DNA from: Saccostrea cucullata
Lineage: Eukaryota
Length of the DNA stretch: 64,000 nucleotides
NCBI RefSeq assembly: GCF_032062105.1
Contig: NW_026940736.1
Location: 744,001 to 808,000 of the forward strand
Reading direction: 5' to 3'
Shown here: positions 12,038-26,767 of the stretch, one piece after another
How positions within the stretch are numbered: position 1 is the first letter of the stretch
How the letters are laid out: every line of letters starts with the position of its first letter
The notes under the pieces: model-generated
Seen by the model: only the letters and a program-made list of their open reading frames with translations
Databases searched by the model: none
Told to the model about the DNA's origin: nothing
Program-made: the position numbers and the translations under genes

Positions 12038-15000
12038 ATGTCGAACACGTATGAAAAAATTCTAAACGTGATATCGAAGCCACCAGCTTTTAGACAGGAC
12101 TTCGAGATCCAGACTTTGATGCCATGGCTTCGGAAACAATCACAGCTATTCTCACAACTCAAAACAGGTAAGACAAACTGGCGGGGGATACATTTAGCAA
12201 AATTACAGGTTTCAAGGGTGTATATTTGCCTTGAAATTATTTATAAGTTTATTTTGATTATAATTTTTTTGATTTTCAGAGTTTTTTTTTATATGAAATT
12301 TTAAGATGATATCTGTTGCCACTTCATAAAGTTTTTTTTATTTAGACTCAACCAGATAAAATAAAATAATTAACGATATTACTCTGAAGTAGACAAAGAC
12401 CTTTTTCTAAATATAAGAATAGTTGATAAGACTGAATTAGACAAAAGTTCTTACATTGCAATACAAAACATACCTGTCTTGTTGAGTTTGATTTTTAATT
12501 TAAAGTAGTATAACGATATTATATTTTTGTATTTAAAGATATATATTTTTTTTCTTTTTTTCGCTTGACAAATTTTGTTTGAATGAAATATAAAAAAAGT
12601 CCCATTTTATTTGTCTGATCTTTAAAGAGATCAATGAATAAAATTATATACTTTTGAAATGTAAAATGACCTTTAAAAAAAATTCAACAGTACCACACCT
12701 TATACATGTAACCATTAGTTGACAAAAATTTTTCCGATCATTACACATCCACAAATCAATGAACAATTGGATGACTAAAAGTGAACTCAATTACCGTTTG
12801 TTCAACAGTAATACACTTTCATTCAGAAAATGATCATTAATGGCATAAATAAATAATTCCTTTACATTAAAAATAAAGGAACAAACAGACTTCAAACCCA
12901 AAACAAAACCTTCAGACAAATAATGGAAGTGAAATGGCGTACAGGATGCCAAACCCTAGACGCTTTTGTATACATATGTTTGAACTTAAAAGTCTCTTCA
13001 TTGATATGTATATGTAAAACCAAAACTGGGGACCTTTACTTGTAACAATTTAAATGTTATAACAATGCTTTGACAAACAGTACGTGTTGCTTTGATGTAT
13101 TGCCTTAAATCTCGAACCAGAGGACATTTTGAATTCGTTCCTCTTTCCCGTTCCTCACTCATAAATCCGGTACTTTGTCGACACAAGTGTTTCTTATTTC
13201 CACGCAAATTGAAATCAATTTAAGATCTTTGTCTCAAGCGATAAAAATTTAAAAGACCTTGCTAAGATTTCATTAGTTCAAGTGTGTCGTTTATAGAAAA
13301 GGTATAAGGTTGAAAAAGCATACATAAATTTCTGGAAAAGTGTTTTCATGTTTAAATCAAAAGAGAATCGACCATAAACATCCAAATGCCATCGATTTCA
13401 AGTGTTTTGGTTTTTAAAAAATTCCACAGTATTGAGCATAAATTCTGTCACCTATTTCTTTCTGACATTAAGTACTGTTGTATATTTTGAAGATTAGCCT
13501 TGTTTTGAAACACACAATTACCATACGTAAATGTACATGTTGTATATAGGTAAAATATTTTCATCGATGTCTGACAAGTTGTTTTTTTTTTCACAGAAAA
13601 GTATTACAACAATTCAATTGCAAAATTGCATACTTTGAATAGACACAAAAAAAAAAATCAAAGTCCCTATAGTAGCATACTCGGTCTGAAAATGATTGAA
13701 TTAAAATAAATTTAAAGAAAAATTGATCTGTGTACAATCCCATTTTTTTTTTACATTGAGAAAATAAGACAGGATGAAAAAAAATCGAAAGAGCTTTAGA
13801 GAGGATAAAGAGAAACGCAGAGAAAAGACACGTTTCGTAAAATTAATGCATGTTTTATTACAAATACATTACATTTCATTAAAGTTTAATAGCAGGTGAG
13901 GTGAAGCTTTTTGATCGAATGAAATTCTGTCAATGCCTGCCTGACAATTGATAACAAATGTGTTGAAAAATCAGTGATCTGGATAAAATTTCTCTGTACG
14001 TTATTGTAGTATTTGGACATCTTTATAGTGATCTCTTGACATCTATTAAAACATTCTTCCTGTGCCAGAAAACGTTGTTGGGATATTATTATTACGATGT
14101 TGTTGTTATGTCAAGAAATATGAAAGGAAAAGAACTGGTGCGCATGATATAAGAATTTGATCCCTGTAATCTACATGTTTTCTGAGCTCGTGTCTCTATT
14201 TTGAAAGATGTTTGAAAGATGTCTCTCAAAAAGTCAACAAACGCCATGTCTGATCCATCTAATTAAGGATAAGGAGACCGATGATAGAAAAACAATTTAT
14301 AAAAGGTATCTAGGGATTGTTTGTCCTAGAGACACAAGAAACGTAAACTGAGGTACAAGAGATGATAAATATGGTGTTTATGTTGCACATTGTAATATAC
14401 ACCCGAGTAGTGAAAACAATTTTAACAAAAACAAATATTTGTCTTGCAAGGTAAACTCATGTGCTATAGATAATATATTGAAGTTGAATATTTGGGCTGA
14501 ACGTAAATTAGGAAAACAAATTTGTTTTGTAAAATTTATTAAATATGTAAACGATCCTTTTCTTTCAAATGACCGAGTTCGATGTCGGCGCCAGATTTGT
14601 TGGTCTTTTGTTGAATTTTACAAGAAGAGAGAAACAGCAATGCCTCAGATACCATTTACAGAAAATTACGAAAGAATTTCGAAGAAAAAAAAATGAGAAA
14701 AATTATTTATTAATTAAAAGTTAGACCTTATTAAACATGTATGGATACATCCATCAATGTATATCATGCATAAGCTCCTTTAAATTCGCATGCTGCCATC
14801 GCCATTAAGATTTTTTTCATCAGGTTTTGATATTCATTTCTTATCAGATCTTTTTTTTTAAACTAATGACCGTATATCATTTCAATTACTTAAAGACTTG
14901 AATGGAAATGTTTTAAAAAGTCGTGAAAAAAGTCACTTTACTAGTACATCATGCTAGTTTGGTGTGAGAGAAGTGAAGGTCATTTTTTGTACATGCGCTC

Positions 15001-18000
15001 ACCTTGAGAATTAATGTAACTTAGAGTATATCTACACAAATTACCCCTCTTAACTTTAAACATTAAAGACCCTCCAAATCCCTGCAAAAATTAAGCCCTG
15101 ATATCGAAAACATAAAATCCCGTGTCTTTAGCATTTTATGACGGGTAATAAAACTCTTTAGGGGCATTTGAGGGACTATATGATATCATCTTTTGAACTT
15201 TAAGGATTTGTGCTGATATATTAATTTTCCCTCACGATTACACACTCCAAAACCCAGGAGAGATATCTGGAAGCTATCGTTATCGGGGAGATTTTCGAAG
15301 TCCAAAGTCATGTTTTAAAATTTCAATATCTTTTTTATGTTAACAAAAACACTCAACTTTCTAGACATATACGCAGTAAAATTATGCTTTTTAGACGTCA
15401 TATATTTTGTTTGTTAGGGATAAGATTACTACTTTGGCGTAATACTCAGTGTACCTAATGATTTTGCTCATGGGGGTAGCTTTATTTCATGTGATAAGAC
15501 CAATAAACTATATGTAGCAGATCAACGAGTTTGTTATTATCGCTGAAAATAAATCCAAATTAAATATTAAGCGATTTTACTTTATGCAACATGCGCTGAG
15601 AGAAATATTAAAATCAGAAACGCTTAAATAATATGAACCCCAGTCTTGTCCTCGGTGTAATTGGACTAGGTGTACGGCAATGAATTGCTTTAAGAACATG
15701 CATATTTCATACATTGATATAATAGTGTACCATTTTATTTCAGAGTACTTGAAAGACATTCTAAGAAACTGTGGACAAGTTACTTTTAACAAAGATGACA
15801 TTATAATCAAACAGGGGGACCAGGGAGATTGGTACGTATATCTGAAAATAAAATCAAAAAACAATAACAAAGCAGAAAACAAATAAACAACAAACGAAAC
15901 AATTCAAAAAATAAACAATTGAAAGAAAAATCCTGAAAAGTTTTACTTCGCCCGCAGGGGCTTGCTACCGGGATGTAAAAATTATTTTGCGTATTTTTTG
16001 TTATTTCTATTTATTTTTTAATTAATGATTAATTAATCATGTAAATGATTTTAATGAATACTTTTTACACGGCGGGAGCAATCCTCTGCATGTTCTTTGG
16101 CCAGTACTATACAAGAGAAGAAAACCCTATGAAGGCTTAAACAAGTACATATGTACCTCTTGGGATAATAGAAAAGTACATTGTGTTGACCCGTTTTTAC
16201 AGAAGGGTCACCATTTTTTAAGCATGCATAAGTAGTTTGACTCTTTATGGTGTTCTAATGTTAGGATTTTCGATGGTTTGATGTTAGTTCTTCTAGCTGT
16301 TTAGTTTAAAAAAACCTTTCAAGAACTGTTCAAATATTTGACTTCTTATTCACGATTCTCCACTTTCACCCTGTTTTCAAGGATAGAATTATTTTACGTT
16401 ATGGAAAAGGAATTAAATGCATGTAGATAGCCAAGGATTTTAGAGGAGAGTAGTGGATCAGATACCCTTGTTTAGAAAAGACGCTTGATATCCAGAGTCG
16501 TACATTTACTGTAATGTGTAATATACTTTATATCCTTAATATAAATGAATATTGAATTTTTAATTAATGATGTATGTGATAAAAAATTTCTAATTTGGGA
16601 TAGTTATAGATAAATTTCAGATTAAAGTTTTTATGTAACATTTGTTGTGGGGGAAAATCTAAAAAAAAAAATGAATGATATCAGTGACTTTCGTTCGAAT
16701 TTTTCTGGTTATTTCTTCAAACTTTTCGCAAAACAAGTACTTAAAACTAAAATTGATAATCATATATGTTTAAGCTACTTTAAACAACTACTATTTAAAA
16801 AAAAAAGATATGAAAAGAAGACAAGTCATAATGCACAGATAATGGAAAAGCAACATCTTTTGTATAAAGAATTTGTGCCTTAATATTTTTTTTGTCAATG
16901 GCAAGAAACATTTTCTTTAATCATTATCATTATGCACCTGTTTTACTCATATGGACCGGAACCACAAATATGGGCGATAAATTAAGGTCAAATCCTTAGA
17001 AAATTGACTGTAGCTATAAAAGTAACAATGTACCTTAATTTCATGTATTTCAAATACAAATATCCGCATACACTCCAGGGTAAATCCCAATAATGCAGTG
17101 TCAGACATATGAAAGGATCAAAAATTGCAGAGGAATATAAAAAATTTAATGGTCATCAAAGCTAGAGAAAACGTGCTATTCCGATTGATATTTGTTTAGT
17201 CGAATCATCAAAACTTTGAAAATTAGTAAAACTATTTTTGTTTTTGATATTTTTGGATCAAGCGGAATTGGAGAGTTGAAATCAAAGTGATGCAAGTGTT
17301 GGAGTAAAAGTGCATCATTGGTTAACGGAGAATGCAGTGATATTTTGCGAGATGTTTTAATTTGATTTTAATTGAGTGCATATCGTGCATCAGTAAATGC
17401 TAATACAAATCACCAAAGTATCATTCTCAAAAATGTGTTGTTTGGATCTATATTAATGTTGTTTGTTGAATAAGCGTAACTGTTAAACGGTGTGTAAACT
17501 GCAATTATGAGCCACTGATATACCTTTATAATTCCGTATAAACTACAAAAGATTTTTAAAGCAAGGTATTTGGGATTAGCCTAGGGTAAAAAGTTACGAA
17601 ACATGCACTTCAGATCACTGGTGTTATACTTTATTTGCTTGTTAATTAAGTACATAATAGAATTTAATAAATGACAAGAATATATAATTTACAAAATTAA
17701 TAAACTGCAAACATAAAGTATTTGAACATTTATTATTTATAAATACCTTTGAAGTTACAAGCAAGCCATCGTCTCAAGCCACGGTTCGGAGTCCGCATAT
17801 AGCTCTCTCAGAATGAGAAAGGATCGAACATCTTAGCCGTGGTTTGCGATGGTACAATCAAGCTAAAAATCGCATCTTTCGTCATTTTTCTTTTTCAGTT
17901 TTTATATGATTCTGGGCGGCAAAATCTCCATCTACATCCTCAATAAGGAGAAGAACGAAGAGGGAGATGAAACCGTCCCCCTAGACCAGATAGGGACCAG

Positions 18001-21000
18001 GAATGCTAAGGGGCAGCTTGACAGATCCAAATTAGGAATATTTGTCACCCATTTAGGTAAAGTGGAAAATTAGGCCATTTTCTTTTATTGTGATAATGAC
18101 ATCAATTGTTTAATATTGAATAATTCTCTGCAACTTTGCTGTACAAGAAAACAAGAAGTGTGTGGCATGCAACATTCTGCAATTTTCAGTGGTCTTTTTT
18201 TATTTTCTAGGAACGGGCGTTCCGTTCGGAGATGTAGCGTTAATGTCCGAAGACTGTGTCCGAACAGCCACGATCATTGCCGAAGAGGAAACGGATCTAC
18301 TCGTGGTTGACCGAGCTCTGTACAACAGGGCTGTGAAAGAGGTCCTGGCGAAAGAATACGAAGACAAAGTGTCTTTTATTAACAATAACCCACTATTTGC
18401 TGCTTGGCCTCCTAGATATAAGAAACAATTGACGATGGCCATGTTTAAGGAGGAATTTACTTACAATACAACTCTAGTCAAACAAGGAGATCCTGTTGAT
18501 ATTATTTACTTTCTAATTAGGTAAAATAATTACACTTAATATTCATTAAAAAAATATTCTTTTATTTTTATTATAATGACCCAAAAGGCAAAAGAGTACT
18601 AAGGATTTCTGATACGAAGTTATCATAGTTTTATTATCATTTTACATGTCTATTTTCAAGGTTGACCCAAGGGTTCTCTACCAAATTTAGATTTTTTAAA
18701 TTAATTATTTTTACATGACATTTTTTTAAAAATCTAAATATGATAGGGAACATATACCAAATAATTATTTTAATGATAGGGGAAAACCATAATTTTTAAA
18801 TGATGTTTTAATTATTTTCAGAGGTCATGTAGAGCTGCGCACTGACCCCGCAATGCATCCAGTACAGTACCCTAAAATCTACCTCGATACCATGAATGAA
18901 GGGGAAAGGTAAAAAACAAATACATTAGAGAAAACTTCCATTTCAAAACAACAGCTTTATGAACAATAAGTGTTTACTGGAAGTGTAATGAAGAAAACTC
19001 AAAATTGGTTTTTCTAACAAAAGAAGAGTACAAATGCTTTAGATGATGGTTTAATGATTTTCTATCCTCAAAAAGAAAAGGGAAAGGTTGTTAACCCATG
19101 ACTGAATTTTGACTACATTAAACATTCACGGAAAAGGAGAATATAAGATGTAGACTATAAGCCTAGTTCAATCTACGAATTATCAAATGATGTAAATTCC
19201 CAGAAACTCTACAAAACCTCAGTCACTATTGATTAAAATTGCTTGCACTTCAGTTGTCCTTTGGATTATACTGTTTACACCATGGAATTGGTCAAATAAT
19301 TATTTTCCTTAGATGTCCGATGCTTTTAGAAGTTATGACACCATAAAACGTATCCAAGCAACTCAATATTTGCCCATCTGTCGAACTTTTATATATAGAA
19401 CATCTGAGGATCAACGGAAATGATTAAGAAGAAACTCAGTCCATTGATTCTATTTTTATTGTTGATAAAAATCACCAAGCTCCGTCATTGGGTGGTTGCA
19501 GATTATTATTTACTTTGTTGTTCTTTTGAAGTTCAACCTTTCTAGATCTGAAGAATTGTTCTATACTTATGCAGAGATAGAAACGATTTGACAAAACACT
19601 CGAAAATCGAGTTTAACGAACGCTGAAAACAAAATGACTTTTTCCCCATTAATTCTGTCCATTGTTAGGGAAAATTATCAGAACGAATTTCTGGCTTGTT
19701 GCATTTACTTTTATTCCATGTATACCGGGGTCTACAGAAAATACGAAACGTTAAGTTCTGCACATATGATAATTCAAATTGTTTTATGCATGTACAATGT
19801 TACATATACAATAATTTTTATTTTATGTTATTTTTTTATTTTATGTATTTTTAGGCTGATAAGACGTGACAAAGTTCGACCCCCTACAGAACCCCATTAT
19901 AACAATAGTACTCACCTCAGGAAAAAAGACCATCATAAGCACGTCAAAATGTTTCTGCTTGGCAGGAACGAAAGTGTGGGTAGGTCAAAGAATAACTCAA
20001 TCGATGTATTAGGAATCGATTGCTTTGATCAATCTCAGTAATCTATGGCATCCTGTAAATTCACAATTTCTAACATAATTTTATACGTGTCAGTTTTTTT
20101 TTTTTTTTGAAGGAAATCCTTAATTTTATTTGATATAAAAACAAATATGCAATTTTTCATATTCGTTTCATATTGATAAATTTCCCTTTATGGAGTTGAA
20201 ATTACATCCTTTAGAATTTTGATTTCGCGTATTTCGTTCAACAGTATGAAAAGTACGACTCTGTAACCTTTTGCTGTACATTTCAGGGGAACTGGAAGTG
20301 CTTCTGGGAATGGATACTTACATGCAGACGGCAGTATGCACGGAGAAGGTGGAAGTGTTAGTTCTAGAAATGAAGCATTATGAACGACTTTTTGTGAAGC
20401 GCCATCCCAGGACTATTGATGACATGAGAAGGGTTCTAGAAATTAAACTCGAGACACGAATGAAACTTCTCTCTAATAAAACCGAAATACCTTTTCTTTC
20501 CCGTGTGAAAACCAAATTAAACATGATTAATAATCCACAGCCTGTTGTGAAAAAGGAAAAAGATCTTCCCTCGCAGAAAATGGCAGAGAAAGAATTTCTG
20601 AATCATAAAGGACCTCTCATTGATATGTATGGTCCTGGGAGTGTGTTCTACATGATACGCGTCCGTGAAAAAACGAAAGTCAAGGGATTCGGTTCAAGAG
20701 AGAAAAGAAAACCTAAACATAACAATAAAGATTCCAAAGAAAATGAACATTTGCATGCAATCAAGGTCCCACAAACTTTAGTGCTCGCTGCCCAGATGGC
20801 AGGGGCCACGAAAGACAGGGAGGTGCTCGAACGTGAAAACACTACCTCTATACGGGCCCCCAGTTCAAAGGGGACTCCTTTAGGACCCAAGTCTGTTCGA
20901 AGGATACAGAGTGCAATCAAACCAGACGAAGAACCCATGAACACAAATTTAGATAGTTTTGACTTTGATGACGACAAAGAGACAAGTAGGTCATGGCCGC

Positions 21001-21657
21001 ATGAGACTCGATACGGTACGACTGTGTCCTTCATGGATGCTGAGGATGACGTCAGCTTGTCAAGATTGGAAAGTAAAGTTCGGAATTGGTTGAGTCACGG
21101 GAATCCGAAAAGCGGTCCTCAAGTGACTCAGTTACGACGCCTCGCGGTGGAGGTATGTATTTTAAAACACATTATTAGTGTTTTGATTTCAAATAATCCT
21201 GCCCTTATATCAAATTGTTTTTGAAGGGATTATTATTTGACTTTGATGGTCTTTGTCATTGACATGTACGTGTTCGGGATTACAAATGTCATCAATTCTT
21301 TAAAAGTGTGTGGTCTTAACTTGTTTATGATAGAAAGCTAATAGATGGAAAGATTTTGAATCCTTTAAAACATCTGAACAAATTTAAGCAAGTACATCCA
21401 AATATGATTAAGTGTATATAACATGTATTAACCTCTTTAAATGGTCTAAAAACAAAGCTTTTGACCAAATTTTTTATTCGTTTTGAAAGGATCTGGAGAA
21501 CACACCTAAGCCAGGAAATAGGGTTGTTGTGCACAAGCGCAGTCGGTCTACGCATAGTTCCAGCAGCGGAAATGAAGGGGAGAGTACTGCTTCCAAAAAA
21601 GAATCGCCTCGTCAGGAAGAGAAATTTGACAAATACCGAATACTCCTCGCTCATTAA
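12038..21657 (+). CDS. CNBD2: Cyclic nucleotide-binding domain-containing protein (CNBD2-like), ~643 aa, 8 coding exons
   Basis: Exons 12038-12167, 15744-15831, 17899-18056, 18211-18520, 18822-18908, 19855-19979, 20287-21152, 21490-21657. In-phase GT-AG introns, 1932 nt. Two CNB folds: IIIKQGDQGDCFYMILGG...FGDVALMSEDCVRTATI and TLVKQGDPVDIIYFLIRG...VGELEVLLG. The exact orthologue is inferred. Confidence 0.85.
17764..17852. repeat. Short hairpin/MITE remnant in a CNBD2 intron
   Basis: CCATCG..AAGCCACGGTT...GCCGTGGTTTGCGATGG inverted repeat. Confidence 0.4.
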
Positions 21658-22425
21658 TTTCAGCTAGCCAAAAAGATATTTACTTTTCTGTTTTATGTTA
21701 TACACCCTATTTTCGTAATCATTTATACTGTATAATAAAAAAGACACTTAAATTTTATTACTTTTCTAAGGTAAACTCATTTGCCTAAATGCAACGTAAG
21801 TGCCAATGAAAGCTTTCATTTTATATCGAAGAAATTACATATGTAAATAATTCTCCATATTTTTATGTAAAAGTTCCACCCTTTTCGTCCACATGCTTTA
21901 TGAGATGTATCGAGATCTATGCAGAATTAAATACAATAAAACTTGTTTTGTATATCTTTTTAAGTTGGTAAATGATTTTTTGTAAAAACTTAAAACCCTA
22001 TAGAATCAGAAAAAGTGATGAGTAAAAGCTTTAGGTTTATAGCCCCCTTCTAAATGGTTTGCACTTTTGTTGTTATTATGTGTCTGAAAAAATGGATAAA
22101 AAAACACTGCATTATTGTTAACATAATATTTATAACATGCAAATAAATTACACTTACGTACATTTACATACACAATTTTTTTTTAAAATTACACTGTATA
22201 AAAATATTTAATGATAAATTCTAAAAGCAGCGAATTTAATACTGTTTTCATAATACTAGTTCTTAAATCAAATAAGTTTAGTAAATAAATGTTCAATAAA
22301 TTCATCTCGGTAGCGTAAATGACTGGTAATTCTTTATTAAAGTTTTGTAAAAATATATGATTTGTACGATTATATGCCATTTTTGAAATATGATTGCGTT
22401 GTGTTGTATTCCGGAATAAGATTAT

Positions 22426-25400
22426 TTAGCTGGCTAGTTTTTGCTTGAGTGCATTCTCCGTACTGTGTCCAAAAGTTTTGCCATATCGGAACTTTTGACC
22501 TAAAATAACAAAATAGATCTATTTGAAATCTAAGAGGTACAACAGAAATAAATCAAATATGCATTTAATCCTGACAAGCGAAAACTTGAAAGGCAAAAAA
22601 TGTTTGGCCTGTACTGAGTATGTACATTGTATACATAAGCAAGAAATTAAAATTGACAAAGGAAATGACAAAGGAAAAAATATTGACCAGTTCAGGAAAA
22701 AAATCAAGTTATTGCTCAAATATATGGAAAAAAAATGCTTCGAATATATGAAAAAAAAATACCCTGTCCACACAAAACATTTGAACTACTATTCAAAATC
22801 TAATGCTTAAATACATTTTTAACCATTATATAAACTACACAAATACCGTTTTTCATTGAAATCTACAGGACATTTGAATTTGCTTGGATAATACAGAAAA
22901 TTCTCGTTATTACAAACTCGACCTGACTTAAAAATAGTTAGATATATGCAAAGATTCTAGATATCCCGGATAAAATACTTTATACACTTAAATCACTTCG
23001 GCATATCCATGGTACACTTATGATATAGGGTTCGAGATACTGAAGTTCAACTGTAGAAGTAAATATTCAAAACCTGCCTTTTATAGTTTTGTAAAATAAA
23101 AATAATTATCTTACCTGGAATGTGACCTGTATAATGCGGAACAAGACCAGTTTCCACTGGGTAAATAGGTTTACCATCGACCATTTGAGTGGCGGATCTA
23201 TGAATATTAACGCTCTTTGAGGCCTGTACTGACTGAGATCGGAGGTCGTCTGTGAATTCGTTGAGAGCTAGGTGTGTTATGATTGGATAACCCATTCCTA
23301 GCTGACCACGACTTCTGGGAACAAATCCGGTGTAACCTGCATATTCGGAAGATTTGTTTTTAGTGAGATGAATCAAGAACAAAACATTCTAAACTTATAT
23401 GTACAGACCAATGGATCGTAATTTTATAGTTAACTTTACAAAATGATCAATTAACCTTTTGCATTGAAACTCTAAGTCATGCTTTTCTTTAAAATTCAAT
23501 ATACATGTAAATCTCTACTGATCTAATGCTCAAAGAGAAAAAGGACATGGTCACAAAATCATATATGATATATATTAATTTAAGATTAATTCTTCGATTT
23601 CTATCTATAAACCAAACATTGAAAAGAAAGTATTTACTAAAGTGTAAAGATCCCTATTGTGGTATGATCCTTCCCACAGGATAAAGAACAAAATGAACAA
23701 ATCATAAGATTTTAAAACTCGGAGATGCTGAGGACTTACAGAATTGGTAACGCAAGTCTACACCTAGAACAGAAAGCAAGGGGTCATTAGTAACTTACAG
23801 AAAATAGATTACATTATGTTAGAACTTTGGTAAGTAATTACTTACCTGACATGAAATTTTTCCTGGTGTCGTTATTATCCAGGTAATAAGGTGACAGGGG
23901 CTGAGAAATCGCGTGTTTGGAGACGTAAGGTTTGGGTTCTCTGGCAATGGGCTGTAAGGGGGTCAGATATCGGCTGCTTATTTCCTGAAAGATTCAAAAA
24001 CACGATTGGAATTTATTGGCACCGAAAAGCAAACTTCCATCAAAAGAAATGTAAGCTTAAAGTGCAATTAGCATGCTCATTTAAGTTCAAATCAAAGGTA
24101 TATAGATTCAGAGCAAAAATGAACGTCTGAAACAAAGGTGGGATCACCTATGCATGTCGTCAGTCTCTTGTCTTAGTGGGATAAAACAAGTACACGTAAT
24201 CCGTAATAATTCAATACGAACAAAATTATCTAAACATTTATTTTGTAATTATACGCCAGTTTGCTATTCGACCTATAGGTAAACAAGTTTATTTTTATAC
24301 CATAAAATTTCGACCATAAAGTTTTCAAAATGTTGGCTGTAAACGAGATTTCTGATACCCTTGTAACATCATCTTGTTTGCCAATAGCTTGCCTACTTTT
24401 AGAAATTTATTTATCAACTTCATCCTCACCCGTATTGGTTATCATTAAGAGATATGATTTTAATGATATAAAAATAAACGTTATCGCGGAAACACTAGTC
24501 ATTAAATTTATCATTACTATGCATAACATGTATTGTCACAATTTATGAACTTGCATTCTAAGATTGCCATGGCATTTCATTCACAAAATTGCAACCAAGC
24601 TTTCAAAAACTGCATTCTACTGAAAACCTTTTCTCCGTAGAATGGACATACCGGAAGTTTCTGTGAGAATCCTGGAGCTACTGGACTTCCGGACTGGATA
24701 GCTTTTGCAAGTTTCAGTTCGTTCATCTTATGTTGGTGAGCTTGCTGATCCATTTCAAAATCAATAATGGCGTTTCTACTGTTTAATGCATACCGCTTCC
24801 CAAAATAATGTTGACCTTTCGGTATAAAACCTATAAAAAGATTAATTAAAACAATAAAACAAAAAAATGAAAAATCTGCATTTTTAACTTTAATAATTTT
24901 CTCAAAATTAGCAAATATTTTTTCCCATTTAAAATTGTCATCAAAAATGAAATACTAGGACTCAAACTTTAATTATATTTTTTTTATGGTTTTACAATTC
25001 AGTGAAATTTTATTCATTAGAACTCGTTTACCCGTATATCCCGGCACCATATTTTCCACCAATTTTTGGTCGCCCCAGCTCTGGGTTCGTTTCTGTAATA
25101 ACTTGGTTCTGGAGTCGGATTCTGGTTTAGGGGTTATATCCGCTAGCACTAATTTACCCGAACTGGCCACCCCGGGGTTTCTCAATAAGTTACAAGTAGT
25201 TCTACCAAAGGTTTCACCAATTTGGTATTTAAATTGTGGACAAAAACCACCATATCTAAAACAGAGAGAGTAAATCTATTATTGTTTTGTTTTGTTTTAC
25301 AGCTAAACGACCAGATTAAGATAAATCCTCTTCAAAAGCTTAACTTTTTTTTAAAAAAGCCCTGAAACAATAGGTTAAAGACCAATTATGTAATTAATAT

Positions 25401-26729
25401 GCAGAACGTAGAGTGTACTAGTATGTTTAATTTTGACAACTTTTCAGATCAATGGATTTTTGTGAAATGAATACGGGTATGAGTATATGAGAGAAGGTTC
25501 ATCATTCTTAAGACAATTTAGAGGCCTACAATTCGATCAAAGAGTGATAACTGTGGATTTTAAACAACAGATGCATTAACATGGAATTTAAAGAAACTAT
25601 CATCATTTATGCAGGCACTTTAGGAAAGGAAATATATACGAATCGAATGGAAATTTATTTTCTGTAATTGTTCTTCGTGATATACATATCTGTCATGCAT
25701 ACAGAATATCAACGATGCTTTAATATTTCCATTTCTAATTTTTCTCTCTGTGATAACTCTTTGAAAGTTAGCGCAGTTAATTTCTTGATAATTCTACCGG
25801 AATGTAAATTAGGCAGGTCGATAGGTCAGGAGCTAAGGAGGCCTAGTACGCATGCAAATCTCGTGCGCATCTGTCTCTGAGTCTAAGGAGTCCAAATATG
25901 CACGAAAATTTCGTTCGGCTGCCGTTGTGTTTGACGCGGTGGGCGAGGACTAATGAAATTGGGATGGGAATCCTCGTGTAATTTAAATCTCTGTCTGCAT
26001 TTTTAAAGTCTAAATCTACAATTTTAGACAGTGATTCCCTAAATAGAGAATTCAAGATTGTTACAAATAAAATGAAACCAGTTAATGTTCAGACTCAGTG
26101 ACGTAGCATCGTTTTTGAAAGGGGGGCAGCCAGAGAATTTTTTTTAACTACCTGAAAAAGTTTGAAACAAGCATAAAAAAAGGAACATTGCCCAAACTCG
26201 AAAATCCTATTTCGGGGGTGGGGGGGGGATGGTTGGAGGCAAACTTTTTTTCAATGCCAACTTCTTTCAGTACCAGTTTTTTGGCATACAACATAACATT
26301 TCCCGATATAAGCCTAATAGAGAAAACAATAGGGGGAGGGGAACCTGCCTTTCCATAAACATTTTCAATAGGAAAAGTAATGTTGGGAAAAAAATTAAAT
26401 ATTGAAATGCCTGAGACTTTTATGCTTATGGTAGTTATCCTGTCTCAATCACAAAATACACTGAGAAATTAAACCAGTTTAGCTCCCTAAAAAAGAAAGA
26501 AAGAAAAACAACCAATCTAAATAATAGTTAGTGATTTACTATTGATATACAATGTTTTGATTTAGTTTTGTTTATTAATTCATGTGATTTTGCAAGGCTA
26601 TGTTAAAATGAATGTGCAGGCAAACTTTTTTTTCAGATTAATTACTTAATTTGCAACAAAGTCCAGCCAAAAAAAATATACTGTGTATATACCCCCCCCC
26701 CCTCTCCACACACACACACACACACACCC

Positions 26730-26767
<38 letters not shown>

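Noticed and set aside
20648-21034. Antisense ORFs over coding exons (also 18200-18442, 45919-46323, 46351-46575, 24986-25273)
   Set aside because: Shadow frames of real exons on the opposite strand, with no independent coding signal.
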